A DNA stretch of 64,000 bases, taken from positions 102,052,001 through 102,116,000 of the forward strand of contig OX597815.1 of assembly GCA_951406725.2 (NCBI GenBank), given 5' to 3'. Position numbers and translations under genes: made by a program. This document shows, in pieces, positions 41,030 through 54,741 of this stretch (the first letter of the stretch is position 1; every line of letters starts with the position of its first letter). This DNA comes from Octopus vulgaris. Its lineage: Eukaryota. The notes below the pieces were generated by a model. That model searched no databases and was not told where the DNA came from. It saw nothing but the letters and a program-made list of their open reading frames with translations.

Positions 41030-41480
41030 ACTGTCTCCCCCCTCTCCTACATTTCTCTGCCTTTCTCACTTTGCACTTCACTTTGATCTGTCTCTTTCTC
41101 GCTCTCTCTCTCTTCTCCTCCGCCTTGGTTCCTTGTTCCCTTTTTTCTCTCTCTTCTCTACCTCCCTAATTCCTCTGTCCCTCTTTTCCTCTCTCTTCTC
41201 CTCGCACGTGACTGACTGACCGATTACCGGCCTTTTGTGCTTAGCAGTCGTCGCAGCAAGACACATTTTTTTCTAACACGTCCTGTCGAAAGACGCCTGT
41301 TTGTGACGTCATGTTTTTGTTATTATTATTATCTTTATTGTTTTTACGTATTTTTGTATTCATATTCGTGTAACATCGTCCGTTTTTCCGTCTTTGTTTT
41401 GTATACATTCGAGGCTTTCTTCCAAGGAATCTAATGCGCTTGGCTTAGATTTTCCTTGGGGCTGGCCAGTTTAATAAGAT
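41030..41480 (+). mobile_element. Diverged copy of the 13.6 kb non-coding element, opposite orientation
   Basis: Pyrimidine tract, CACGTGACTG, GTATACATTCG...TTCTTCCAAGGAATCTAATGC...GCTTAGnTTTTCCTTGG. Confidence 0.6.
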
Positions 41481-43109
41481 CGAAACATGTCTACAATTGT
41501 CATCCTTTTTTGTCATTATCAGATTAAAGTAATATTAATTATACACCTTTTCTTTTCCTTACCTAAATTCATGAAGTACGATGGCATTAACAAGCCTGCA
41601 ATCGTATCCTTTTTATAACCATTTTTTTGTTTTTTAGGTGTTATCGATGCTTCTGTTCTCATTGTAAATTGTTGGCCTTAAGATATAATAGAATCTAATC
41701 TACTTCATTACAATCTAATCCATGACTGTTTTGTACCAGTGGAAAGAAGCACGTATCGGGGTGATTATTTCGGGAAAATTCCTCAGATTCAAGAATGTGT
41801 CACTTGATCAACACGATCAGTGTTAGTCATCTGGCCGCAACAACGGCGCAGGCGTGGATGCGTGGTAAGTAGCTCGCTTCACAGCCACATGGTTCCTAGT
41901 TCGGTCTGACTGCGTGGCATTGGGTGTCTTTTACTATAGCCTCGGGCCAACCAAAGCCTTATGAGTGGATTCCCTAAGGATATTAAAATTCTGTGGAATG
42001 CTGTGGAAATCTAAAATATATAAATACGTAAATAAAATAACAACGTCCCTTTATAAACTCTATATCTCCCACAAAACCTATACTTAGAAGTTTTTCATAT
42101 TCGTTTTTTTTCTTTATTCATTAACTGGATTAAGTAATTGGACTGAGCCCATGCTAGAGCATTGCTTTCAGCGATATAACTGACTATAATCATCCTTGTA
42201 CTTATTACCTATTTTATAGACACGCTCTCATCTACTTTCGTCTCCTCGGAAGGATGAAAGGCAACTCGGACCTACGAAGAATTTGAACTCAGAACGTAAA
42301 GAGACGAAACGAGATAACATGAAATTATATCCTTTAATCTACTGACTCAATCATCAAACCGAGATATTGTTTTCTTTTTATTTGTTTTATATTTTACTTA
42401 TAATATATTGGTTTCAAATTTTGACACAAGGCCAGGAATTTCAGGAGAGGGGTGTAAGTCAATTACATTCATCCCAATGCTCAACTGGTACTTATTTTAT
42501 CGACTCCAAAAGAGATGAAAGATAAAGTCACCCTCGGCAGAATTTGATCACAGAACGTAAAGACGAACGAATTGCCGTTAAACATTTTGTCCGGCGTGCT
42601 AACGACTCTGCCAGCTCGCCGCTTTTATTCAACTTAAAATATATTGGTGACCCAGTTCTCTTAAATTGTGTCGATTCTTTGAGAAAGAACGTATGATAAT
42701 AGGAAGGAGATGGGGAGGGAAAGAGAAGGAAGTGGGGACGGAGGCAAGTAAAAGGAAGTGTGTGGATAAAAGAATTAAGTGCAACAGTAAAAGATAAAAG
42801 AATGAATGAACGGGAGCAACGTGCATTGCATGGCAATAAATTGCGCAATTGTACTTTTATTATTTTTGTGAATCAGCCAATGTTTTCTTTTGCATTTGCT
42901 TGATTGAGTGGATATGTGAGTTGTGTGTATGCGCTTGTGAATGTGTGTGTGTGTGTGTATGTGAGTGTGCGCGCCTGTGAGTATATGTATGCATGGATGA
43001 ATATATACACACACACGTGTACATACATGTATAAACATATAGCAGCATATAAATATTTAGGGAAATATATATTATATGTAATACATATATATATATATAT
43101 GCATGATAC

Positions 43110-43140
<31 letters not shown>

Positions 43141-43659
43141 TGTATGTATGTATGTATGTATGTATGTGCGTACGTACGTACGTATGTATGTATATATATG
43201 TATATATGAATACATATACTCACGCATACACGCATGCACATATATTCGCATACTCACATAAACGAGTGTGCATACGCATTAATATATATACATATATATA
43301 TACATACATACATTCTAATGTATGTATATATATATATATATATGATTGTATGTGTGCGCGTGCGCGTGTATGTGCCTGCACGCGTACGTATTTATGCCTA
43401 CACAACTTTGTACGTAGTTTTGTATTGTGGTTGTGCATATGTTTTCTTCTGTATCAATTCAAAGAACACTTTTGTTCTTGTTTTCTGAATATGGTACTTA
43501 GACACCAACAGTTAAAGTTAAAGTTGCATAGAATTTATTTCAATAGTTCTTAACTTCAAAGAGAAACCTTTGTTGTAGTTGTTCATACATCAACAATATA
43601 TCAAATATAAGTTTTGGCTCTATAGATGCATATACTTGAGATAGCCCTCTCCCACCCAC

Positions 43660-43692
<33 letters not shown>

Positions 43693-43949
43693 ACTATTTA
43701 CAAATTGCCCAAGCAAATATTCAACTTTCATGGCATGTATTGAGTTCTCTTTTCTTTCATTTGTACATTTAGCTGTAAAACCACATTGTTAGGCTATATC
43801 TATAGACGAAAATCAAACAGCTGAGGATAGGAAAAGCAACTATTTTTATATAAATAATATTGCATTAAGAAAGCTTTTATGCGAAGCCTCATTGAGAAAA
43901 TGGAAAATGTGATTAAGCGGAATTGCTGGGGAACTTACTGGTACTCCTG

Positions 43950-44560
43950 TAAATAAATTTAGTTTCTGAACCAGAGAAATTGCTTGCGTGGTATAAACTG
44001 GAGCATACTATACAAAGCTCCTTTTTATCCATTCGGAGTGAGCAATGCTGCCTTTGTGTCTCAAAAGCAGTGAATGTACAGAAGCAGTCCATTATAAGTC
44101 TTAATAAAGGACTGAGCTTTCATATTGCTATTATCAACCTAAGTCCCTATTAGTTGATTTTAAAGCATCAGTTGATAGCTCTGCTATACAATACTTACTG
44201 TGACTTTACCGAAATTCTACTTCAACAATCGTTCAGTAATGATTAGCAGCAATTACAACTCCTAGCAGTAATCTCTTACATTAATATATTTCTCTTGTCG
44301 GAAACGGGAATAGAAATGCATGTGTGTGTGTGTAACAAAATACTATGATTGCATTTGTCAAAGGCATTGCTGAAATCAAGCTATATGCCATTAAAACTTG
44401 GACCTTCATTCAAAACAATTAAAATGTCAACGGTCTTTAGCCACATCGGAAGATACGCTGGCTGGAATTTAAAAGACTGTTGCTCTCCATGAAGCCAGAT
44501 ATTCTTGATCTCATTACCATCTCAAATATTCTAATGAGATGAGATTGGTTGGTGAGATTA
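43950..44560 (-). mobile_element. Degenerate CR1-like RT fragment
   Basis: Minus frames give MESNSLLNSSQRIFRCG and LDFSNAFDKCNHSI (cf. QHGFRxG; LDFxKAFDKVxH). Confidence 0.6.
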
Positions 44561-45524
44561 CATTGATGCATTTACACTGATATGTCAATGTAAATATATC
44601 AATGTAATCTCTTACATTGATATATTTCTCTTGTCGGAAACGGGAATAGAAAACGATAGCAAATTTCCCCAGAGTTTAGTGTGTTGTGATGGCTTCTTTT
44701 TGTGCATAGGTAAACGTCAGAAAAGTGCTGCATTCGTGTGACTAGCATTATTTAGGAAACTCACAACCCTCGCATTTGCGTTGAAATTTATAAATTTTAT
44801 TGGTAGTTCGAAGTATGTCCTGAAATTTGCTGGCTTATAACTTGTTTTAATGATGGAATTTCGTTTTACAATTTGGTAAAAGCGAGTTTTATGAGTTTGT
44901 ATAATGTTCATCAATTCTGTGACCAGGGGCATTCGATCCTTGTGGCATACATATGTGAAGTATAAATATGTTTGTTAGTCACTGTATCTTACATCAGTGC
45001 AGGCGAATTTCATGACCAGCCGGAATCGACTTTGTTTTTCATCTTCTCTGCTCAATAAAATAAATACCAGTCAAGTACTGGAGTCAGTTCAATATTTTAT
45101 TGTCCTCCATCAAGAATGTGTAGCATTTCTCACAATGAAGCAATATCAAAGTATTTAGCTTCGACTCGCCGTTCTTTGTTCTTTCCATCACAGATGAGTA
45201 CAACAATTCATGAGAGCCACGCAGTAAATCTCTTTTCACGGATTTGTTTATTGTAAAGCCTGTTCTATTTATGCTTCTTGTGTAAAATGCCTTGTGTCGC
45301 GCTGCACAAAATGAAAAATCACATTTTTGTGTACTCGTCTAGAACATAATGCCTTTTTAAAGCAGTTGTAAATTTTTATTCCCATGATTTCAGCGGCGTA
45401 TTAGAGCAAATTAAGTAACTGCTGATATTATCTGGATACAGCGACGATATGAGTGCGTGTATGTGTGTATGTGTCAATGTGTGTGTAAATCTATGTTCCT
45501 ATGTATATAACAGAATGTTTTAGA

Positions 45525-45701
45525 GAAGAAGAAGAAGAAGAAGAAGAAGAAGAAGAAGAAGAAGAAGAAGAAGAAGAAGAAGAAGAAGAAGAAGAAGAAG
45601 AAGAAGAAGAAGAAGAAGAAGAAGAAGAAGAAGAAGAAGAAGAAGAAGAAGAAGAAGAAGAAGAAGAAGAAGAAGAAGAAGAAGAAGAAGAAGAAGAAGA
45701 A
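45525..45701. repeat. Pure (GAA)~59 microsatellite
   Basis: Direct reading; explains the polyE/polyF/polyL ORFs. Confidence 0.98.
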
Positions 45702-46269
45702 TTCCTTCTTCTGTAGGCTCAAGGCCTGAAATTTTGCGACAAACGGGTGAGTCCATTTCATTGTTCTCAGTGCTCAGGAAATTTTACCAACACTCTAACT
45801 ATTCAGCCAGGGATATACAGTAACAAACGATCTGTTAGAAAATTCGTTAGAACGTCGTATATATTGCTTAGCTCCAATAATTCCAGACCCCCTTTGCTTT
45901 CTTTTCAAATTCCACCATGTTCTGCTTTGTTTTTCCTCACCGATAGAAAAAAAAAGGGTACCAATCCTGTACTTGTGTGAGTCTTCCAAAAAAGCCAAAG
46001 AAACGCCGTATTTTATGACGGTACCTCTACTATTCCATCAAGAAGGTAAGAATTAATGGTATGTATGCCATAGCAGACACTGATGCTCTTATGATTATTT
46101 GTACTACAAGGCAAAAGAAAACTGTTTTCGGGTCCAGGTGTGAAAGGTCACTCAAGATTCGAGGGAGCTATGAAATAATATTTTATCTTTTAAGGAGCTA
46201 TCCGAGAGATAACCATGGGCCCTTTTTGATTCCCTGGAACCCAGGTTGATGTACGGCAAAATCCCGCTC

Positions 46270-46472
46270 TTACGGACTCTGGACCACGCGGCTTCGGCAG
46301 AAGTTAATGGCGAACTTCTGCTGACTCTTTCGCCACAACTTTCACTCTTTCCTCCTGCATCTTGCTGTTCACCTGCGACGGACCGGCGTCCCGTCCAGAT
46401 GGGGAACCTATACGCCAAGGAAACCGAGAAACCGGCCCTTATGAGCCAGTCATGGCTCGAGAAGGAAGGAAC
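46270..46472 (+). mobile_element. 5'-truncated mosaic SINE
   Basis: The middle module matches the 55190-55270 module (CTCTTTCnCCACAACTTTC); the tail matches 5830-5935. Confidence 0.55.
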
Positions 46473-47329
46473 ATAACAGCAATATGTGGTCTTCCACTCG
46501 CTGGAGACATTGCGTACATAGAACAATAGATCTGTGACTAGGTATGGGTTTACAGGGATCCATCAGTCAGAACCGTTGATATCTTGTATTTTCAAAAGTT
46601 TAGGCTACTAATCTGCGAGACGGCAGATGCTACAACAATTCGGCTGAATGGACAGGAGCAACGTGAAATTAAGTACCTCGTCTAAAGTCACAATGTACTA
46701 TCCAGCCCAGGAATCGAACCCGTTACCTAACGCTCGTAACAACAATCACCAAATTATTAAGTCACTCAGTTTTTATAAGGTTACAGAACAATAACAACAG
46801 ACCACGATGTAATATAGAGTAACTGGATCAAGACCGACATGTGGCTTTACAGCAACAACAATTATTGTTATCACCTCTGCTATCTACCCCATCTCAACCA
46901 CTACAACAACCACCATCACCACTACTACAACCACAACTGCAACAAATACTACATTTAGCGACAATACCACTGCAATACTACAAAGGTTAATACGGTAAAG
47001 GTTTGTGTAAAGCTGGAAAATGTGATGATGTGGGAAGAGTGTCAGTGACCAAGACTTAGTCAATAACACAAACCAAAGAAAGAAAAAAATACAATATATA
47101 TATATATAAGCAAGTAAAGAAACGCCGTCAGGTAACAGATGGTGTCTGGCAGGGAACACCTTTCTACACAACCAGAACACTCACTTGTCTATCTAATGAC
47201 GTGCTTGGCAGCGTGTGAACGGAATTCATGATAAAAGAAATGCATATATGCGCATCTGCGTGTGTATGTATATACGCGTACATACATAGACACACACGCA
47301 TATACACACACACGCATACACACACACAC

Positions 47330-47375
<46 letters not shown>

Positions 47376-47824
47376 GCCCATAGGTATTTTGAGCTTTCCA
47401 ACTCCATATCCTTCACACCACTTCGAAGGTATTTTCACTCCCTCAGTAAGACAAGAATTTTTTTTTCTGTTGTATTTAAATGCGCTTGCTTCATTCCTTA
47501 TGTAGGATCCGGATGCTTTGCATTCAACCTCATGTGGCGGTCTTATATTTATTGTAAGTCTTCACGGGACGCTGTCCCTTTCTGCAATGGGTAAAGAAGT
47601 AAGTATATATCGCGTGCACGCACACGTTCCCACACTCACACAAACATACACACACTTGCACGCATACACACGTGCGCGCACGCACGCACGTACACACGAT
47701 ACATTGGGCATTTATGAACAAAATAAATACAAGAAAACGCAGAGTCACCTAACAAAAAGTTTAGAAAACTTACATCGGGAAACAGCCCACATATTTAACT
47801 CTACACATCGAAAAATAGGCTTTT

Positions 47825-48220
47825 AACATAACCGCCTTCAGGCCGACAAGATCACAGAAGCGATTATATGCTGGGAACATGTGAAGCATAATTACACCGT
47901 ACCATGCATTCAGGCACTGCCCTCGGTGGCAGTCTTCACCCATCGAGTTTTTGACGCCGTAAGTCGTCAGCTTGTCCCACAACTGACGTCGCCACAGGTG
48001 TAGAAGTTCAGGTGTTTCAAATCACTGTAACCTTGAGCTGCTCGGCAATGGCCCTCATCGGTTTCTTGAGGTTGTTGTTGATGATATCCTGGACAATACT
48101 GGACGAACTCTTCTATACTGACATCTGGCAATCGAAAATGTGTCTCGACCATGGACGACACGTCACCTCCAGAATTCCCCTTGAACACCAATGACCTTCC
48201 AAGATTCAAGTATTTCGTGA
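47825..48220 (-). mobile_element. Probable RTE-like LINE post-RT remnant
   Basis: GC-richer island with frameshifted KYL, LKV(Y) and TTY-like motifs; weak. Confidence 0.3.
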
Positions 48221-48303
48221 GCTCAGATAGGTCACATTTTAGTCACAATTTGTCTTCGTTAAACGTTCACGTAAGTCTATTTAGAATGTTTTTGTTAAAG
48301 AAA

Positions 48304-48630
48304 GTGGAACTGGACTTAGATTGTCATGAGACAGGTTAGTTTTATCCTACCGGTGCATCACACGTACGCGGCACCCCGAGTCGTCGAGGCTTCGGTGCAC
48401 ATCGGTTGGGCGGCGTGCTCATGCATTATCCGTCATAGCCGCCGACGCTTCCCTAGACCTTAGTCGGATTCCAGTGACGTCAACTCGGGTACGGTTACCC
48501 AGTCGAGTATGAAAAGGAAGCGCAGAATCAGAGCAACGCTTTGCGCACTTGCTCGATAGAGCGGTGGTGCCAGGCTGCCTCTGAACGATAGTAATTGAAC
48601 TCCTCTAAGCCGGATCTGTAGCCGGACTCG
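48304..48630 (+). pseudogene. Decayed 28S rRNA 3'-domain fragment including the sarcin-ricin loop region
   Basis: CTGGACTTAGATTGTCATGAGACAGGTTAGTTTTATCCTAC matches conserved CTGGGTTTAGACCGTCGTGAGACAGGTTAGTTTTACCCTAC. AGTATGAAAAGGAAGCGC corresponds to SRL AGTACGAGAGGAACCGC, and TGAACTCCTCTAAG to TGAACGCCTCTAAG. A GC-rich expansion lies between them. Confidence 0.8.
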
Positions 48631-48870
48631 AGTTGTTTTCCAAAAGCGTCTCAACCTCAAGACATATGCGAGATTGTATATGAATATCGAGTGAGCGTCT
48701 AGAATTGTATCAAGTCGTAGGCCTTGTACCAAGTCGTTAAGATTAGAAGTTAGTGTAGCTTCTAAGTAAATTTTTAACTGGCTCCGTAAAAGCTGTGAGG
48801 TTAATATGTTGTTCATAAGAATTTTCTATCAGTACATACCTACAGGTTTCTAGCTGAAATATTTAGGAAT

Positions 48871-48910
<40 letters not shown>

Positions 48911-49761
48911 TGTTGACGATAGAAAAATTCATAAACTTCGAGAAGACGTAAAATAAAATAAATCCTTTTTTGGAACGGTAGACCTAGAAGCAGATAATGC
49001 TATAAATGGTAGCCTGTAAATATTTGGTTAAAAGAAACCTTTGGTATAGAAACTGTTGAAGACAACCCGTGTGACTCGAGCTCACATATCCTGTAAGCAT
49101 GAGAGAAGTTCTACAATTGGACCAAACGAATTTTTCTCTCCATCGTAGAAAAGTTCTTACCAGCAAGAATTGTATGTTACTAACGTCATAAGACTTTATT
49201 AACTTCGGGAGAACGGGAAATAATTCTTTTTTGAAGAGGTGAATCTAAAGCTGTGAAATATAACGTGTAAATACTGGGTTTGAAACCCTTTAGATGCAAA
49301 AAACCGAAAGCTGTCTGATATTTTCTATCCAAAGGGGATTTTAACCCAGTATTTAACACTATTTTTAATCGTTTTGTAGTTTTATGCGCGTCGAGATCCA
49401 CCGTTTCAAAAAAGAATCATATGTGTGTGCGTTTGTGTGTTCGTGTATGTGTTTGTGTATGTGAGTGAGTGCGTGCATACGTATACACACACACACGCAC
49501 ACACGCACACACACACACACACACATATGTATATGTATGTGTGTGTGTGTGCGTCTGTCTGTATGAGTGTGTCTTTGTGTCTATGTTCCCACCACCATCA
49601 CCACTTCACAACCGGTGTTTACTTTCCCATAACGGTTCGGCACAAGAGAGCGATAGAATAATACCAGGCTTAAAAAGGAATTTTTCCATGCGGTGCCCCA
49701 GCATGGCTGCACTCTAATGACTGAAACAAGTAAAAGGTAAAATATATAATTTATTGCACAT

Positions 49762-49818
<57 letters not shown>

Positions 49819-49998
49819 ATAATAAATATTAGGGAATAAATCCAAATTTACAGGGAAAAATCAGATTTAGGATTGAATCCAATTTTATAGTAAAATATTA
49901 TATAATATTAATTAGAGACAAAACCACTATTTTGCAAATCAAACAAGGAAAGACTTAATCAATACATAAAAAAATTTTAATATAAAGTAAATAAATCG

Positions 49999-50042
49999 CC
50001 ACTACAATTGTTTCCTGTCTTCAAATGACATTCATCAGGTGG
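49999..50042 (-). ncRNA. Minimal type I hammerhead ribozyme motif
   Basis: Reverse complement of 50098-50141. Confidence 0.8.
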
Positions 50043-50097
50043 ATTTCATATCTTCTATTCAATTCATAACTTTAAAATTGAATAGAAGATATGAAAT

Positions 50098-50141
50098 CCA
50101 CCTGATGAATGTCATTTGAAGACAGGAAACAATTGTAGTGG
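50098..50141 (+). ncRNA. Minimal type I hammerhead ribozyme motif
   Basis: CCAC-CTGATGA-A-TGTC-ATTTGAA-GACA-G-GAAAC-AATT-GTA-GTGG. Confidence 0.8.
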
Positions 50142-50228
50142 CGATTTATTTACTTTATATTTAATTTTTTTTATGTATTGATTAAGTCTTTCCTTGTTTG
50201 ATTTGCAAAATAATGGTTTTGTCTCTAA

Positions 50229-50295
<67 letters not shown>

Positions 50296-50416
50296 CATAC
50301 ATACATACACACACATATATATATATATATACTCGTATATATATATATGATATATATATACACATACATCCCCCCATAATATGTATGTATATACAGTATA
50401 TGTGTGTGTGTATGAA

Positions 50417-50737
50417 GGCGCGTCACTTAATGGTTAGGGTATTCAGCACACGATCGCAAGTTCGTGAGTTCCATTCCCAACGACGCGTTGTGTTCTTTAG
50501 GAAGACACTTTATTTCACTTTGCTCCAATCCCCTCAGCTGGCAAAAAATGAGTAGTACCTGTATTTCAAAGGACCAGCCATGTCACACTTTGTGTAACAC
50601 TGAATCTCCCTGAGAACCACGTTCAGGGTACACGTGTCTGTGGAATGCTCAGCCAAATGCACGTTAATTTCACGAGCAAGCTGTTCCGTGGATCTGATCG
50701 ACTGGAACCCTCGTCGTGGTAACCGGTGGAGTGCCAA
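50417..50737 (+). mobile_element. SINE family C copy
   Basis: Aligns end to end with 36487-36793. Confidence 0.8.
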
Positions 50738-50986
50738 AGACATACATACATACATGTATATATATATACATATATATATATATAACGGGAAAGTTTACGA
50801 AAATAAACAAAAGACGAAGGCAGGTGGAGTACAAACAAATAAATGTATTAGTATAGCGCTCAGGAATAGAAATAGAAAAAGTATTTTACATTTCGAGCCT
50901 ACGCTCTTCGACAGAAAGATACACAGAAAAAAACAAGGAGAGAAACAAGGAGAGAAAAAAATGCGTGTAGGAGCTAACGATCTATC

Positions 50987-51056
<70 letters not shown>

Positions 51057-51736
51057 TGCATAATGCATTAGTGTATGTCGTTCAAACACTGATACAGACA
51101 CAAAAATAAATATGTAAGTGCAGGTATGTTCAAATATATGCATGTATTGGTTTACCTGTATTTGTAGCTGAATTTGGGAATATTCACCGAATTACGGGTG
51201 TGTTTATATAGCTTATACACAAGACTCAAAATCTACACGCACATACACACGCGCACACACAGGCGCAGGTACACTCCGGCACGCATAGAGGCGTGTTGCA
51301 GCTGTTTACATGTACGATGCAATCCTCCTGTATGCTGTCCACACGTTGAGATTTTTTTGTGTCCACCTGTTGCCGCTTGTCCTCTTGACGGGTGCAGCAC
51401 AATACTATTTCAGCGATTTTATAAATTTGAGTCTTTTAGTTCGTTTTATTTATTTATTTTCGGTTCGTTGTGTTATGGCCATTTAGAATATATGTGTACA
51501 TGCACATATGCATGTGTGCGTGTATGTATGTATGTATGTATGTATGTATGTATGTATGTATGTATGTATGTATGTATGTATGTATGTATTTATGTATGTA
51601 TGTATGTGTGTATGTATGTATGTATGTATGTATGTATCTATGGATGGATGGATGGATGGATGGATGTGTGTTTGTATGCATGTATGTATGTTTGTATGTG
51701 TATGTGTGTGTGTATGTTTGCGTATGTATGTACGCA

Positions 51737-51980
51737 GGCGCAGGAGTGGCTGTGTAGTAAGTAGCTTGCTTACCAGCCACATGGTTCCCGGTTCAGTACC
51801 ATTGTGTGGCACCTTAGGCAAGTGTCTTCTACTATAGCCTCGGGCCGACCAAAGCCTTGTGAGTGGATTTGGCAGACGGAAACTAGGCTTACAAAGAATA
51901 AGTCCTGGGGTCGGTTTGCTCGACTAAAGGCAATGCTCCAGCATGGCCGCAGTCAAATAACTGAAACAAGTAAAAGAGTA
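51737..51980 (+). mobile_element. SINE family B copy with internal deletion
   Basis: The head to GACGGAAACT joins directly to AGGCTTACAAAGAATAAG, skipping the microsatellite-containing middle. Confidence 0.8.
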
Positions 51981-51991
51981 TATATATATAC

Positions 51992-52092
<101 letters not shown>

Positions 52093-52139
52093 CATTAGAT
52101 ATGTTATCATTTAACACTTGTCTTCCCTGATTATGATAA

Positions 52140-52415
52140 CGACGAGGAAACTGATAACTAGACTTTGGTGAACTCCTATCTGTACACTAAATTCATTGTT
52201 GCATATGTTGCTAACTCTCACTGTACTGACAGCACCCATGAAAACGACTCGAACGGCTTTCACAAGCCATTCGTCTCTTTCTAGCATCTGTAGCGGCCAT
52301 CAGATCAGAGAGCGGGGGAACTTGTCACATGCTTTCTCCAGGTCGAAAAATGCATGCAGAGCGGTTTACTTTTGGTTAAATATTTCTCATACACATAGTT
52401 TACTAGAAAGAGCGT
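52140..52415 (-). mobile_element. RTE-clade RT fragment
   Basis: Minus frames give EKYLTKSKPL...DLEKACDKFPRSLI*W...DEWLVKA (cf. EKYLAKxKPLYxAFVDLEKAFDRVPR). Confidence 0.7.
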
Positions 52416-52476
52416 GCCAGTAGTACCTATATGAGTATGTGTGTGTGTGTGAGATGTGTGTGGGTGGGTAGGTGGT

Positions 52477-52540
<64 letters not shown>

Positions 52541-52889
52541 CTGTGTTTGTGTATGCAACATGTGGGCGATATAAATAAATTAAATACGCACAGATTTAGA
52601 CATGCGTTTAAAGCAGTTGTTTCTTAGCTTCAGAAACATTTAACATTTAACACTTATATTATCTCTTACATAAAAAGAAAAATTTTCTTCACCTGGAGCC
52701 AAAAGTATGTCTCACCACTAAGCCTAAAATATTCAATATTCGATATTCTTTTCTTTGAAAAGTAAGTGGTTCGATGCCGTTGGCTCGTATAGCGAAAGTG
52801 TAATACCGTACGGGAATTGAAATCTAATTGTAGAATCGGTCCTCTATGTACGATGACACTCATCTTTACACATATTAAAACATTAATTA

Positions 52890-53300
52890 AGGCGGTGAGC
52901 TGGCAGAAACGTTAGCACGCCGGGCGAAATGCTGTTACGTTCTGAGTTGAAATTCCACCGAGGTCGACTTTGCCTTTCATCCTTTCGGGGTCGATAAATT
53001 AAGTACCAGTTACGCAGTGGGGTCGATGTAATTGACTTAATCCCTTTGTCTGTCCTTGTTTGTCCCCTCTGTTTAGCCCCTTGTGGGCAATAAAGAAATA
53101 AGAAACGTTAGCACGCCAGGCGAAACGCTTAGCGGTATTTCGTCTGTCCTACGTTCTGAGTTCAAATTCCGCAGAGGTCGACTTTGCCTTTCATCCTTTC
53201 GGGGTCGATAAATTAAGTACCAGTTGCGTACTGAAATCGATCTAATCGACTAGCCACCTCTCCAAAATCTTCGGGCCTTGTACCTAGAGTAGAAAAGAAT
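52890..53300 (+). mobile_element. SINE family A dimer with two different tails
   Basis: Two heads (AGAAACGTTAGCACGCC at ~52906 and ~53101) and two central domains. The first tail is as at 535-857, the second is the GGCCTTGTnCC type. Confidence 0.8.
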
Positions 53301-54658
53301 ACTGGAACATTAATAGTTGAATAGCTTTACCAGGGTGTCTTTAACAGAATAGTCTAATGATGAAATGTGGCCATGTTCTTTTTAGGACCTCGGAGAAGAT
53401 ACGAAGGTATCCCCAGAGTACAGAACTGGTCCACAACCCTTGTAATGAGGTATACTCCAATAAAGGCAGCTAAGGACCGGATAGCGGTGTTAAACCGAAA
53501 AACAGATTAAGTCTACAAACTATTAAAGGGATTTAACGAAGGAGCATCTACGTGGTCCCTCGACTTGCTAGAAATAGCAATAAAATCTACTTCAAATTAC
53601 ACTTCAGAGTCTGAAAAGAAGGAAGAATACACAGTGATAAAATGGGTCATTACTAGAATACCTTTCCTTATTAATCTGATCGATCAGAGTTGATCCGGAG
53701 CTAAACAATAGCAACACTTACATACGCAACATAGCCATATATTCTTTCTTGAAGAATCCCAGCTCATCCCGCCTTTTGTGCAAATGTGTGTGTGTGTGTG
53801 TGTGCGTGTGTGTCAACGTCCGTGACCGTGTTTTATGCTTACTGGTGTAAACCGGTACGTCGAGTTGCGCTCTTTTATGTAAATAAAAGCAACGCATCTA
53901 AGCACGGGATGAAGGAGATAAAGATTAAATTAGAACCTGGCTGAAAGCACTACAGAGATCGATATGATTAAAACTGAAAACTCTTGAAGGAGGTGTGCCA
54001 ACATGGCCACAGTCCAGTGACTGAATCCAGTAATGGACATTATTGTCCATCGCTCAACTGATCCCATCATTCACTGCCCATGTGAGACACAACCACACTA
54101 TATAGAGATTTATGTTTTATTTCCACTTTTAAAATGACTCATAACGAGTGTTTCGTGAATGTCTTAGTTTCTTTTTTTGTCATCAATATATGAATTATAA
54201 AGGAATGTCTTGTTCTTGTTGTTGAACATAGAAGCTGTGGTCCAGCTGTTAATAATATTAGTCAGCAAAAAAAAGAAAAATTACTCATGTCACGCCTCAC
54301 ATGCTGAGTAATTATAAACAGGTTTTCTTATGTATAAGCATTTACATTGAAACGTGTTGGTAAAAATATATGCTGTTATGCTCACGTGTAAAATGTAAAT
54401 GTATATAATCAGTAAATTATATTCACTCAAAGCGCCCTTATTCGTTTTACAATGAATGCCTTGTCTGTCTTCTCACGCTCCCCCTAATTCTCTCCTCTCG
54501 CTTTCCCTCTCACCAACTCTTGCATGCACACACATATGCTAACTTCTGTTTCAAATTTCATACACACACACACAAATATATATACGAATGTGATTGATAG
54601 TACTTTGTGTGTGTGCGTGTGTGTGTGTACATAAATATATACAACAAACACACATACA

Positions 54659-54741
<83 letters not shown>

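Larger units (their letters stand above)
49815..50241. mobile_element. Penelope-like inverted terminal structure in (TA)n: ~166 bp near-perfect arms (49899-50064 / 50076-50241), 11 nt loop
   Basis: Arms are reverse complements with about 3 mismatches. The left arm has an unpaired ~85 bp extension. (TA)n on both flanks. Confidence 0.85.
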
